A stretch of DNA of 64,000 nt from an uncultured Trueperaceae bacterium (lineage in GTDB: Bacteria > Deinococcota > Deinococci > Deinococcales > Trueperaceae). Of the stretch, positions 14,327-24,382 are shown piece by piece. Each line of letters opens with the position of its first letter. Positions within the stretch are counted from its first letter, which is position 1. The translations under genes and the position numbers were made by a program. The DNA is taken from assembly GCA_963815215.1 (NCBI GenBank), contig CAWFFU010000003.1:512001-576000 (forward strand), written 5' to 3'. The notes below the pieces were generated by a model that was not told the DNA's origin, did no database searches, and worked only from the letters and a program-made list of their open reading frames with translations.

Positions 14327-14368
14327 CGCTACGGTCCGGTCGCTATGGTCCGGTCGCTATGGTCCGGT
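14327..14368. repeat. 3 x 14-bp tandem repeat CGCTAYGGTCCGGT
   Basis: Units at 14327, 14341, 14355; the last contains the stop of the minus-strand ORF. Confidence 0.85.
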
Positions 14369-14812
14369 CGCGACGACGGTCGTGCGGAACTGGCGCAGCA
14401 CGTCGCTGCCGAACGAGACCACCGCGCGCCACTCACCGGCCGTCGGCGTGACACGTCGCGGAAGCGTCAAGGTTCGGCCCTGCCCAACATCCTCGGGGGT
14501 CACCCAAAGGCTGTCGGAGGCGGCCTCGGTGCCGTCTGGCGCGAACCACTGCACCGCCAGCCAGCCGGCGCGGGGAACGCGATCGAGCACCACGTGAAGC
14601 GTCAGCACGCCGCTGTCATCGCTGAGTGCGCTGGCATCCCCGAGCTGCGCCACCTCGCGGATCGGGATGCGCTCTGGAACGAGAGGAACGTAGAGCGGTG
14701 TGCACGCGACGAGCGCCACGACCAATGGCAGCACCGACAGCAACAGCACCTCGCCACGGCGCCGACGCCCTACGCCGACGCGGCTCACGGCCGAGCCGGC
14801 GGGAGGCCCCAC
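14357..14812 (-). CDS. Hypothetical lipoprotein (start uncertain)
   Basis: RRRR + hydrophobic stretch + LVAC lipobox-like motif; follows prmA. Confidence 0.65.
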   Translation of the reverse strand: MGPPAGSAVSRVGVGRRRRGEVLLLSVLPLVVALVACTPLYVPLVPERIPIREVAQLGDASALSDDSGVLTLHVVLDRVPRAGWLAVQWFAPDGTEAASDSLWVTPEDVGQGRTLTLPRRVTPTAGEWRAVVSFGSDVLRQFRTTVVATGP

Positions 14813-14819
14813 CGCACCC

Positions 14820-15620
14820 TCATGACGTCGCATCCGAGGCCGCGAGGTCGACGGCCAGCAGCGACCACTCGCCGTCGCGTTCGACCCGGCAGCGTGCAAC
14901 CGTGGGCAGCGCCTGTCTCACGATCGCCTCCAGCCGCGTCAGGATGCCCGTCAGCAGCAGCACACCGTCCGGGTTCAGGCGTTCCAGGTAGGCAGGCATG
15001 AGCGCTGCATGGAGTTCGGCGTAGAGGTTGGCGACGACGACGTCGAAGCGAGACGGCAGATCGGGGTGATCGACACTCCCTTGCAGGAAGCGCGCGCGGG
15101 AACGGTTGAGCACGGCGTTGCGCCGCGCCACCGCGACGGTGGCGGCGTCGGTGTCGACCCCGACGGCCAGGCTCGCGCCCAACCGATCGGCCGCGACCGC
15201 GAGGATGCCGGAGCCGGACCCCACGTCGAGCACGCTACGGTCCACCAGCTCACGCCCAGCCAGTGCCGCCAGCGCGAGTCGCGTGGTCTCGTGGTGCCCG
15301 GTACCGAAGGCGCTCCCGGGGTCGAGCCACACCACCTGCTCCCCCGCCGCCAGGCTGGCGCGGCGGTGGGTCGGCGCGACCACCAGTGGGCCCACCCGCA
15401 CCGGCCTGAGCTCGGCGCGGTAGGCGGCCACGTGATCGATCGCCTCGACGTCCTCCCAGCTTCCCTCGAGCCCCACCTCGACGCGCTGCTCGAAGTACGC
15501 CACGATCTCGGCACCCTTCGGCCCCGACGCCTCCACCACCCCCACCGAGCCCAACTCGAACAGGCGTGCTACCTCCGGACTCTCCGCCTCGAGCCGACCC
15601 CGCATCCGGAACGCCTTCAA
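14820..15620 (-). CDS. prmA: Ribosomal protein L11 methyltransferase
   Basis: DPGSAFGTGHHETT, VLDVGSGSGIL, DVVVANL; probable TTG start. Confidence 0.93.
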   Translation of the reverse strand: MKAFRMRGRLEAESPEVARLFELGSVGVVEASGPKGAEIVAYFEQRVEVGLEGSWEDVEAIDHVAAYRAELRPVRVGPLVVAPTHRRASLAAGEQVVWLDPGSAFGTGHHETTRLALAALAGRELVDRSVLDVGSGSGILAVAADRLGASLAVGVDTDAATVAVARRNAVLNRSRARFLQGSVDHPDLPSRFDVVVANLYAELHAALMPAYLERLNPDGVLLLTGILTRLEAIVRQALPTVARCRVERDGEWSLLAVDLAASDATS

Positions 15621-15630
15621 CCCGACCACC

Positions 15631-17343
15631 TCACGGCGCCGGCTCCAACTCCGCCACGCGCTCTTCGCCGGTGACGATCTCGAAGCCCAGCCGCTCGCCC
15701 TCTCGCAGGTAGAACGCGATGTCCGCGGTGCGCGTGGAGGGGCCCAGGCTGCGACGATCGAAGGCATGGGCGGCGGTCATGATCATGGTCTCGGCCATGC
15801 AGGCGGGAACGTACCCATCCCCGAACCGGATGTCGATGCGCGAGCGCATCTCCCCCGGCGGGCGCACCACCCCACCCGGGACGATCTGCACGCCCGGGAC
15901 CTCGCGAACGCTGGGGTGCACGTCGCTTGGCCTTCCCAGATCGAAGATCCAGGCACCCGGCCGGACATGCTCGGGTCGCAGCACCGGCGCCGGGTCGGAG
16001 GTCGCCGTGAACACCAGCTCGGCACCCGCCACGGCAGCGAGGTCGGTCGTGGCCACGATGCGCGTGTCCGGGTACTTGCGGGCGAGGGTGGCAGCGCTGC
16101 GTCGCAGCCGCTCCGCGTCACGGCCCACCAGGATCAGCTCGTGGACCTCGGGGGCGATCATGCGCGCGACCCCGAACGCGACCACGCCGTTGGCGCCGAC
16201 CACGGCCGCGGTGGCGTGGCGCAGCGTGCCGCCGGCCGCCGCGAAGCGCTCGAGCAAGCCGGGCACGGCCGCGCGCACGCTCGCCGCCGTGTACGCCCCT
16301 CCGTTGGTGACGGCGATCTCGGGAACCGCGCGCTGCACCTCCTCGCCCTTGCCCCCGACGGTCGACCAGAACGCCCCCAGGCCGACCGCCTCGGCGCCGA
16401 GCTCGTGCGCCAAACGGGCGCCTTGCACCGCCATCCTCAGCGCGATGTCGGGGTGAGCCGCGAACTGATCGGGCAGCATCGGGCCGCCGATGAGGAGCAC
16501 CCGCATGCGTCGGCCGTCGGGCAGCCGGATGCCCTCGATGACCCCCTGGCTCTGGGGCCGCATGCGCAGCATGATCCGGCGCAGCGCTGACTCGGGCAGC
16601 AGGCCCCGCGCCGCGAGGTGGCGGAGCCAGCGCTGGCTGGGCGGCTGCCACAGGTCGTCCACGGTCATCGGGTGCAACAGGAAGGCGCACAGTACGGCGT
16701 CGCGATCGAGCCCGCGCACCGCCGGCGGCTCGCCCAGACGCGCCTCGGTGCCGTCACGCACACGAGCCACCGCCGCCTTCTGGCGCCAGCCACCCGCGAG
16801 AGCGATGAGCGCGGCGGCCACAGCGGCCGTTACCGGAGCCGCGCCCGACAGCCAGGCCGCCGTGGCGGCGAGCGCCAGCACCGTCAGCCCGCTCGCGGTG
16901 GCCAGAACCACGTAGCGGCGCGCCGCGAGCACCGCCGCGTAGGTCCAGATCGGTGCGGCCAGCGCCAGCCACGGGAGCGAGCCCGCGACCGAGAGCCCCG
17001 CCAGAGCACCGAGCAGCACGCCGTTGCCGCGACCCCGCAGCGGTCTCGGGCGGCCAGGCAGGTGCAGCGGGTAGAGGTGGCCGAGGTAGACGGCCAGCGC
17101 CCCGAGCGGCGCGATGGGCACCAGCACCACGACGACGGCGCCCTTCAGGACGTCGAGTGCGAACGCCGCCAGGGCCGCCGGAGCGCCCACCATCCGGTAG
17201 ACGTTCTCCACGCCGATGAGGTGGGGGTTGACCTCGGCCGGCTCCGAACCCGACACCCAGCGAACCAGGGTGGAGCCCAATGGCAACGACCCGACCAGCC
17301 ACGCCACCAGCATCCCGACGACCGTTCCGATGAACCCATGCAT
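15631..17343 (-). CDS. PlsY-like membrane domain fused to acyl-ACP-reductase/shikimate-DH-like Rossmann domain
   Basis: N-term LVGSLPLG, DVLKG, YLGHLYP (PlsY-like); C-term GLGAFWS, VTNGGAYTA, VVGANG, DLGRP, PACMAE. Confidence 0.8.
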   Translation of the reverse strand: MHGFIGTVVGMLVAWLVGSLPLGSTLVRWVSGSEPAEVNPHLIGVENVYRMVGAPAALAAFALDVLKGAVVVVLVPIAPLGALAVYLGHLYPLHLPGRPRPLRGRGNGVLLGALAGLSVAGSLPWLALAAPIWTYAAVLAARRYVVLATASGLTVLALAATAAWLSGAAPVTAAVAAALIALAGGWRQKAAVARVRDGTEARLGEPPAVRGLDRDAVLCAFLLHPMTVDDLWQPPSQRWLRHLAARGLLPESALRRIMLRMRPQSQGVIEGIRLPDGRRMRVLLIGGPMLPDQFAAHPDIALRMAVQGARLAHELGAEAVGLGAFWSTVGGKGEEVQRAVPEIAVTNGGAYTAASVRAAVPGLLERFAAAGGTLRHATAAVVGANGVVAFGVARMIAPEVHELILVGRDAERLRRSAATLARKYPDTRIVATTDLAAVAGAELVFTATSDPAPVLRPEHVRPGAWIFDLGRPSDVHPSVREVPGVQIVPGGVVRPPGEMRSRIDIRFGDGYVPACMAETMIMTAAHAFDRRSLGPSTRTADIAFYLREGERLGFEIVTGEERVAELEPAP

Positions 17344-17463
17344 GCGCTGCCCATTGTAGGCTGCGCACCGCCGCTGCGGTCCCGGGGGCCACCGGGCGCC
17401 GCCCGTCGACGCACGCCTGCGTACCCGCCGAGCCCGCAAGCGGCACACCGTACAATGGCCTGC

Positions 17464-18792
17464 GTGGAGAGCCGCACACCCCCCCATAACCTCGATGCGG
17501 AACAGAGCGTCCTGGGAAGCATCCTGCTCGACAACGAGACCTACGCCTCGCTGGAAGGGATGCTGGCGGCGGATCACTTCTACAAGGAAGGGCATCGCAA
17601 GATCTTCCGGGCCATCGAGCGTCTGTTCCGGCGCGGCGACCCCATGGACCTGGTGACCCTCACCGAGGAGCTCCGGCAGTCCGGTGAGCTCGAGAGCGTG
17701 GGTAGCGTGCCCTACCTCATCGGCCTGGCCGACAGCGTCCCTACCGCGGCCTACGCCGACAGCTACGCGCGCATCGTACTGGAGAAGGCGACCCTCCGCG
17801 ACCTCATCTCCGCCAGCGGCAGGATCATGCAGCTCGCCTACGATCAGGCCGGCCCGCTCGACGAGGTGCTGGACCAGGCCGAGCAGAGCATCTTCGACCT
17901 GGCCACCAAGAAGCGGCGTAGCCAGTTCGAGGGGATGCCGACGCTCGTCACCGAGACGTTCGCGCACATCAATGAGCTGTTCGCCAACCCAGACCCGGTC
18001 TCGGGCATGCGCACGGGCTTCAAGGAGCTCGACATGATGACCGCCGGGCTGCAACCGTCTAGCCTGAACGTTCTAGCTGCGCGGCCCTCGATGGGCAAGA
18101 CGGCGCTCGCCCTCAGCATGGCGCTCAACGCCGCCTTGCGCGACAGCGTCAGCGTCGGCATCTTCTCGTTGGAGATGTCGGCCGTACAACTCGTCACCCG
18201 CATGCTCTGCTCCGAAGCGCGCGTCGACATGAGCCGGGTTCGCAACGGCCAGCTCTCCGACCGCGACTTCCAACGTCTCGCCGACACCGCCGGGCGCATG
18301 TCGGAGGCCCGCGTCTTCATCGACGACAACCCCGATCTCACGGTGATGGAGCTGCGCTCGCGCGCCCGCCGGCTCACCGCCGAGCACGACCTCGGGCTGC
18401 TGGTCGTCGACTATCTGCAGCTCATGTCGGCCGGTACGCGAAGCACCGGCGAGAATCGCCAGCAGGAGATCTCAGCCATCTCGCGCGGCCTCAAGGCCCT
18501 GGCGCGGGAGCTGGACATCCCGGTGCTGGTACTGTCGCAGCTCTCACGCGCCGTCGAGGGCCGGCCCAACAAGCGACCCATGCTCTCCGATCTCCGCGAG
18601 AGTGGCGCCATCGAGCAGGACGCCGACCTCGTCATGTTCATCTACCGCGACGAGTACTACGACCAGCAATCCGAGAAGCACGGGATCGCAGAGGTCATCA
18701 TCGGCAAGCAGCGTAACGGACCGACCGGAACGCTGGAGCTCCAGTTCCACAACTCGCACGTGCGCTTCAACGACCTGGCCCGTGCTCCCTGA
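17464..18792 (+). CDS. dnaB: Replicative DNA helicase
   Basis: PPHNLDAEQSVLG, AARPSMGKT, VVDYLQLM, LRESGAIEQDAD; GTG 7 nt after TACAAT. Confidence 0.98.
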   Translation: MESRTPPHNLDAEQSVLGSILLDNETYASLEGMLAADHFYKEGHRKIFRAIERLFRRGDPMDLVTLTEELRQSGELESVGSVPYLIGLADSVPTAAYADSYARIVLEKATLRDLISASGRIMQLAYDQAGPLDEVLDQAEQSIFDLATKKRRSQFEGMPTLVTETFAHINELFANPDPVSGMRTGFKELDMMTAGLQPSSLNVLAARPSMGKTALALSMALNAALRDSVSVGIFSLEMSAVQLVTRMLCSEARVDMSRVRNGQLSDRDFQRLADTAGRMSEARVFIDDNPDLTVMELRSRARRLTAEHDLGLLVVDYLQLMSAGTRSTGENRQQEISAISRGLKALARELDIPVLVLSQLSRAVEGRPNKRPMLSDLRESGAIEQDADLVMFIYRDEYYDQQSEKHGIAEVIIGKQRNGPTGTLELQFHNSHVRFNDLARAP

Positions 18793-18864
18793 GTCGCAGC
18801 GAAGCGTGAAGGGAGGCGCACGCTTGGCCAACGTCGGGCTCATGGCTCGGGGGTAGACTGACGT

Positions 18865-20772
18865 ATGGGTCGCTTCCCACTCCGCGGTCTCCTGGTCGCC
18901 GCCGGCGTCATCGCGCTGGTGGTCTTCGTAGCGACGCAGTCGAGCCACCGGGCCCAACACGAGACCAAGAGTTACTCGACCTTCCAGCAGCAGCTCGATA
19001 GCGGGCAGATCCAGAGCATCCGCGTCCGCAACACCGAGCTCGAGGTGACGCCCAGGAGCGGCACCCCTTATGTGACCTACCTGCCGACCCCGCCGACCGA
19101 CCTTAGCCGCTTCACCAGCCACGGCGTCGACGTTCAGGCCATCCCTCCCGGCACCAACTGGGGAAACGTGCTGGTCTACGCTCTGCCCATCCTCTTGATG
19201 GTAGGGCTCCTCTTCTACCTGATGCGCGGTGCCCGTGGCGGCGGTGACGGGGCGATCTCGTTCGGAAAGAGCCGCGCTCGGCTGGTCACCGAGGAGAACA
19301 CCAACGTCCTGTTCAAGGACGTGGCCGGCGTCGAGGAGGCCAAGAGCGACCTCACCGAAGTCGTCGAGTTCCTCAAGAACCCGGCCAAGTTCCACGCCCT
19401 GGGCGCGCGCATTCCCCACGGCGTGTTGATGGTGGGACCGCCGGGATCGGGCAAGACCCACCTGGCCAAGGCCGTGGCCGGCGAGGCCAAGGTACCGTTC
19501 TTCTCCATCAGCGGCTCCGACTTCGTGGAGATGTTCGTCGGCGTGGGCGCCGCTCGCGTCCGCGACCTGTTCGAGACGGCCAAGAAGAATGCACCGTGCA
19601 TCGTGTTCATCGACGAGATCGATGCCGTCGGGCGACGTCGAGGGATGTCCATCAATGGCGGCAACGACGAGCGTGAACAGACTTTGAATGCCCTACTGGT
19701 CGAAATGGACGGCTTCGAGACCCAGCACGACATCATCATCATGGCGGCTACCAACCGCCCGGACGTGCTCGACCCGGCGTTGCTCCGCCCCGGACGCTTC
19801 GACCGCCAGGTCGTCGTCGACGCCCCCGACGTCCGCGGACGCGAGGCCATCCTGGCGATCCACGCGCGCGGCAAGCCCCTGGCCGGCGAGGTCGACCTGC
19901 ATCGTGTGGCGGTCCGGACCCCTGGCTTCGTGGGCGCCGACCTGGAGAACCTGCTCAACGAGGCCGCGCTGGTGGCGGCCCGCAGCGACCGGCGCGAGAT
20001 CGGTATGACGGACATCGACGAGGCGGCCGATCGGGTGGTGATGGGCCCCGAGCGTCGTAGTCGCGTCATCAACGAGCGCGAGAAGCGGGTGACCGCCTTC
20101 CACGAGGCCGGGCACGCGCTGGCCGCCTATCTTCTCGAACATGCCGACCCGGTGCACAAGATCACCATCGTGCCGCGCGGCCGGGCCATGGGCTACGTCA
20201 TGCAGTTCCCGGAGGAGGACCGCATGTCGGCCAGCCGCAACATGCTCCTCGATCGCGTAGCGGTCGCGCTGGCCGGGCGCGCCACCGAGCAACTCGTGTT
20301 CGACGACGTGACCACCGGCGCACAGAACGACTTCGAGCAGGCGACCGAGATCGCCCGGCGCATGGTCACACGCTGGGGCATGAGTGAGGTCGTCGGGCAC
20401 GTGGCGCTGTCGAGCTCATCGGACTCGTATCTCGGAGACGTCGAGGGGGCGCGGTCGTACAGCGAAGACACGGCGCGCGTCATCGACGGCGAGGTCAAGG
20501 GCATCCTCGGCGAGCAGTACCGCCGCGTGTCCGACCTGATCGAAGCGCATCGCTCCGAGCTCGAGCGCGTCGTCGACGTCCTGCTGGAGCGCGAAACGCT
20601 GCACGCCGACGAGTTCGTGACGCTGCTCCGCGGCGACGCGCTGGCTCCGGCGCCCAACCCGGTTCGGGCCGAGCCGGCCCGTTCCCGAGGGCCGTCCGCG
20701 CCGGAGAAGGGGTCGGGCGAGGCTCCGCAGGAACCTCGGCTTCCGCCAGGGATGCTCCCCAAGCCCGGCTGA
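18865..20772 (+). CDS. ftsH: ATP-dependent zinc metalloprotease FtsH
   Basis: Two TM segments, [27 protein letters not shown]. Confidence 0.98.
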   Translation: MGRFPLRGLLVAAGVIALVVFVATQSSHRAQHETKSYSTFQQQLDSGQIQSIRVRNTELEVTPRSGTPYVTYLPTPPTDLSRFTSHGVDVQAIPPGTNWGNVLVYALPILLMVGLLFYLMRGARGGGDGAISFGKSRARLVTEENTNVLFKDVAGVEEAKSDLTEVVEFLKNPAKFHALGARIPHGVLMVGPPGSGKTHLAKAVAGEAKVPFFSISGSDFVEMFVGVGAARVRDLFETAKKNAPCIVFIDEIDAVGRRRGMSINGGNDEREQTLNALLVEMDGFETQHDIIIMAATNRPDVLDPALLRPGRFDRQVVVDAPDVRGREAILAIHARGKPLAGEVDLHRVAVRTPGFVGADLENLLNEAALVAARSDRREIGMTDIDEAADRVVMGPERRSRVINEREKRVTAFHEAGHALAAYLLEHADPVHKITIVPRGRAMGYVMQFPEEDRMSASRNMLLDRVAVALAGRATEQLVFDDVTTGAQNDFEQATEIARRMVTRWGMSEVVGHVALSSSSDSYLGDVEGARSYSEDTARVIDGEVKGILGEQYRRVSDLIEAHRSELERVVDVLLERETLHADEFVTLLRGDALAPAPNPVRAEPARSRGPSAPEKGSGEAPQEPRLPPGMLPKPG

Positions 20773-20879
20773 ATCGCCGTCCAGCAGGGGGCAGGAATCC
20801 CGACACGCTTGCGAAAATTTCACTCGGAGCCATGAGGGCACCGTGATAGACTCCGCTTGATTTACGAGGAGGAGACGTT

Positions 20880-22067
20880 ATGCCCTCAATGCGCGAGCGC
20901 CTGGCGCGCATGCTCAGCCCCAGGATCGAAGCAGTCGGTCTAGAGGTGGGCACCAGTGCGCTCAAGGTGGTGGAGCTTCGACCAGGGAACCCGCCGACTC
21001 TGGTCGCGATGTCCGTCCGCCCCATGCCGCCTGGTCTCATCCAGGACGACCAGGTGGTCGACGCGCGTGGGCTGGCTGACGAGATCAAGGCACTGCTGGA
21101 CGAGGCGGGCGTCCACAAGCGGTTCGCGGTGGCGGCCGTGAGTAACCGGCAGGCGATCACGCGCAACATCCACGTCCCCAAGATGACGATGCACGAGCTC
21201 GACGAGGCGATCAAGTGGGAGGCCGAACGCTACATCCCCTTCCCGATCGACGAGGTCGTCCTCGACTACTACGTGCTCGACAACCCCGACGATATCGAGG
21301 AAGGCGGTCAGCTCGAGGTGGTGATCGTCGCGGCCCGGCTCGACCAGGTCACGCAGCAGGTCGAGTACATGAAGCAGGCAGGGCTGGAGCCGCTGGTGCT
21401 CGACGTCAAGCCCTTCACCTTGCTGCGCTCGCTCAAGGGCTCGCTGCTCGGCGAACACCTCACCAAGACCACGCTGACCGGCACCAGCTACACCGAGGCC
21501 AACGAGATCGGCGTGGTCCTCGAGATCGCCGCCTCGAACACCACCATCACGCTGGTGCGCGGTGAGCGGGTGTTGATGAACCGCAACATCGGCGTCAGCG
21601 GCGACGACTTCACCGCTGCCATCCAGCGCTCCTTCGGGCTGGACTTCGACAGCGCCGAGGACGTGAAGCTCGACTACGGTACGGCTACGATCCCCACCGA
21701 GGACGAGGAAGAGCTCCTCAACTTCGACGCCAAGCGCGAGCAGTTCAGCCCCAGCCGGGTCTACGAGTCGCTGAGACCGGTGCTGGTCGATCTCACTACC
21801 GAGATCCGCCGGAGCCTGGAGTTCTTCCGGGTGCAGACGGGCGACGCCAACATCAGCCGCATGGTGGTGACCGGCGGCGGTGCCAAGCTGCGCGGCCTGC
21901 CCGAAGCGATCGGCGACGCGCTCGGGTTCCGGGTGGAACTCGGCGATCCCTGGCTCACGGTCCACTATGACGAGAACCGCTTCGACAGCCAGTACCTGCA
22001 GAAGGTGGGTCCCGAGTTCGCGGTGCCCCTGGGCCTCGCGCTGAGAGGGGTGGCGGGCGTTGATTAA
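20880..22067 (+). CDS. pilM: Type IV pilus assembly protein PilM
   Basis: Actin-like fold motifs (VGLEVG, YIPFPIDE, TGGGAKL, AVPLGLALRG). Confidence 0.93.
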   Translation: MPSMRERLARMLSPRIEAVGLEVGTSALKVVELRPGNPPTLVAMSVRPMPPGLIQDDQVVDARGLADEIKALLDEAGVHKRFAVAAVSNRQAITRNIHVPKMTMHELDEAIKWEAERYIPFPIDEVVLDYYVLDNPDDIEEGGQLEVVIVAARLDQVTQQVEYMKQAGLEPLVLDVKPFTLLRSLKGSLLGEHLTKTTLTGTSYTEANEIGVVLEIAASNTTITLVRGERVLMNRNIGVSGDDFTAAIQRSFGLDFDSAEDVKLDYGTATIPTEDEEELLNFDAKREQFSPSRVYESLRPVLVDLTTEIRRSLEFFRVQTGDANISRMVVTGGGAKLRGLPEAIGDALGFRVELGDPWLTVHYDENRFDSQYLQKVGPEFAVPLGLALRGVAGVD

Positions 22068-22671
22068 TGTCAACCTGCTTCCCAAGAACCTGAGGCGCGT
22101 TCGCGAGCCCGGCTATTGGCGCATACTGGCGGTCGCCTTCCCGATCATCGTGCTCGGGTTGGCGGCGGTGTTCCAGGTCTTCGCCTACCAGACCGAGCAG
22201 AACCTGCAGACCGAGAAGCAGGCGCGGGCCGATCAGTTGGCGTTGTTGCAGCCCTACCTGCAGGAGCAGCAGAGCCTGACGCAGCGTCAGCGCGACCTCA
22301 ATCAGCTCATCGCCGTCGAGAAGGCGGTCCACCAGAACCGCATCCTCTGGACCGGCGAGATCTCGGGGCTGTTGGAGACGCTACCCCCGCGCGGCACGGG
22401 CGCCCGCCCCAATATCGACTTCAAGAGCCTGAGCATGAGCGCCATCAACCCGCCGCGAAGCGATCCCGCGAAGTACGAGGGCAAGAGCGTGATCGCCGAG
22501 CTCAACGTCAGCGGTGATGTCGTCGACCCCGAGGTGCTGGCGCAGTTCGTCCGGGCGCTCGAGAGCTCCAAGGGCTACGGCGTCTCCTTCCGCAACGCGT
22601 CGCGCCAGGGAACCAACGACCTGTTCACCTACAGCCTGACGGTCGGCGCCCTGGCCGGGAGCCAGCCATGA
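22060..22671 (+). CDS. pilN: Type IV pilus assembly protein PilN
   Basis: INVNLLP motif + TM segment; follows pilM. Confidence 0.9.
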   Translation: MINVNLLPKNLRRVREPGYWRILAVAFPIIVLGLAAVFQVFAYQTEQNLQTEKQARADQLALLQPYLQEQQSLTQRQRDLNQLIAVEKAVHQNRILWTGEISGLLETLPPRGTGARPNIDFKSLSMSAINPPRSDPAKYEGKSVIAELNVSGDVVDPEVLAQFVRALESSKGYGVSFRNASRQGTNDLFTYSLTVGALAGSQP

Positions 22672-23261
22672 AGCTCGGGAACTTCAGCCTCCGCAATTTG
22701 CGGCAGCGCGATATCGCCATCCTGGCGATCGTGCTCTCGATCGTGGTGGCGGGACTCTGGTACTTCTATATGTACCGGCCCACGCAGGACCACATCGCGA
22801 CGTTGCAGAACGACATCGCTCAGCTCAACACCCAGATCCAGCGCGGCGAGCAGGCCCGGCGCAATCTGCCCGACCTGCGGGCGGCGGTGGCGCAGCTCGA
22901 ACAGGATCGGCGCACATTCCTCGCTCAGCTCCCCAAGGAGAGCGACATCTCCGGGCTCATCGACCAGCTGCGTACCTCGGCGTCCGACAGTCAGGTCAAG
23001 GTCGACAGCTTCGGGCAGGGGAGCGCGCAGGGCTCGGTCCAGGACGTTCGGCCGATCGGCTTCTCGATCGCGACGACGGGTACCTTCGTGAACACCATGG
23101 ACTTCCTCGGCAAGCTCGAAGGCCTGCAGCGCTTCACGAAGATCCACCAGGTCACGCTGAACGTGAAGGGCAACGCCGATAACAACCCCGACCTGAGTGC
23201 CAGCTTCAACTTCACGGTCTACGTCTATACCGGCAAGGATCCGGGGGCGGGGACACCATGA
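22668..23261 (+). CDS. pilO: Type IV pilus assembly protein PilO
   Basis: N-term TM, coiled coil, QLP and LQRF motifs; operon position. Confidence 0.88.
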   Translation: MKLGNFSLRNLRQRDIAILAIVLSIVVAGLWYFYMYRPTQDHIATLQNDIAQLNTQIQRGEQARRNLPDLRAAVAQLEQDRRTFLAQLPKESDISGLIDQLRTSASDSQVKVDSFGQGSAQGSVQDVRPIGFSIATTGTFVNTMDFLGKLEGLQRFTKIHQVTLNVKGNADNNPDLSASFNFTVYVYTGKDPGAGTP

Positions 23262-24382
23262 CGCTCTCCAGAACGGCCCGCATCCTCATCGCGGTACTGC
23301 TGCTCGCTGCCGCTGCGTTCTTCTGGGTCAATTTCTTCTCCCAGGAGCCGCCGGCCGCGATCCCGGTGACGACCACCGGCACCCAGCCGTCGACCTCGTC
23401 ATCGACGTCGACGCCATCGGGTTCGATCACGGCCCCGGCCCCGGCCGGCACCACTGCACAGGCCACGGCCCCGGCGGATCAGAATGCCGCACCGGTGGTG
23501 GCGCCCAACAAGCCGGCCGTCGCGACACGCGACCTCCAGGTCGCCGAGCTGCCCTTCCTGGTGACGCAGCCGCCGGCCTCCGGGCAGGCGGCCGGGAGCG
23601 CAGCCGGTGCCGCGGCAGGATCGACCTCATCCACCGCCGGCACGCAGGCCACGACCTCGGGGCAACGCATGAGCGTCAACCCCTTCTCTCCGATCGTGGT
23701 CCAGGCGCCTGCGACTGCGCCATCGGCCACGCAGGCGTCGGCGCAACCGCCCGCCTCTCAACAGGTGACGACCGCACCCGCGCCCTCCGCGCAAACTGCG
23801 ACCCCACCGCAACTGGCTGAAGCACCGGCGCCGCAGCCGGTAGCTCCTCCGCCCCCGCAGGCGAGCGGTCTCCCCCACGCTCTGCCGTCCGGGATGCTCC
23901 CGACGACGCCGAGCGTGCTCCAGACGACGCGCGCGCAGGCGAGTTCGTCCGCGCCCAAGGACCTCGGTGCGGTGGCCGCCGTCCGCGTCCCGGACAACGC
24001 GAGCTCGGCCTCCCTGGGCACGGTCACCCAGCAGGGCGTGCTGTCCTCCGGGCCGACGCTACCCTCCGTCCTGGGACCTGGGCAGCCGACGCAGGCCAAC
24101 TCCGCCCAGGGGACTGCAGCCAATGGCAACCCGCCCCTCCAAGCGGGAACCGATTCCCTGAGCCGCTACCTCCGCGATAACAACGTACGGTTCACGGGCA
24201 CGGTGCTCGGCCCCGTCAGCGTGGGAGTCTTCCGATCGAGCCAGTACAAGATGCCCGTGGTCGTGTCGCTGGGGCAGGTGCTCCCCGACACCAAGATCAC
24301 GCTGACTGACCTCCGCGGCCACGAGGCCGTGTTCACGCTCAACGACTCCACGCAGAGCCTCTCCTTGGATCTCAGGCGGTGA
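23258..24382 (+). CDS. Thermus-type PilW-like competence/pilus protein (Pro/Ala/Thr-rich)
   Basis: N-term TM, low-complexity linker, NPFSP motif; lies between pilO and pilQ as in Thermus pilMNOWQ. Confidence 0.65.
   Translation: MTLSRTARILIAVLLLAAAAFFWVNFFSQEPPAAIPVTTTGTQPSTSSSTSTPSGSITAPAPAGTTAQATAPADQNAAPVVAPNKPAVATRDLQVAELPFLVTQPPASGQAAGSAAGAAAGSTSSTAGTQATTSGQRMSVNPFSPIVVQAPATAPSATQASAQPPASQQVTTAPAPSAQTATPPQLAEAPAPQPVAPPPPQASGLPHALPSGMLPTTPSVLQTTRAQASSSAPKDLGAVAAVRVPDNASSASLGTVTQQGVLSSGPTLPSVLGPGQPTQANSAQGTAANGNPPLQAGTDSLSRYLRDNNVRFTGTVLGPVSVGVFRSSQYKMPVVVSLGQVLPDTKITLTDLRGHEAVFTLNDSTQSLSLDLRR

Noticed and set aside
14327..14368. Possible CRISPR array
   Set aside because: 14-bp units with no spacers and no cas genes.
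17464..18792. Intein in DnaB
   Set aside because: Length (~442 aa) and contiguous motifs leave no room for an insertion.
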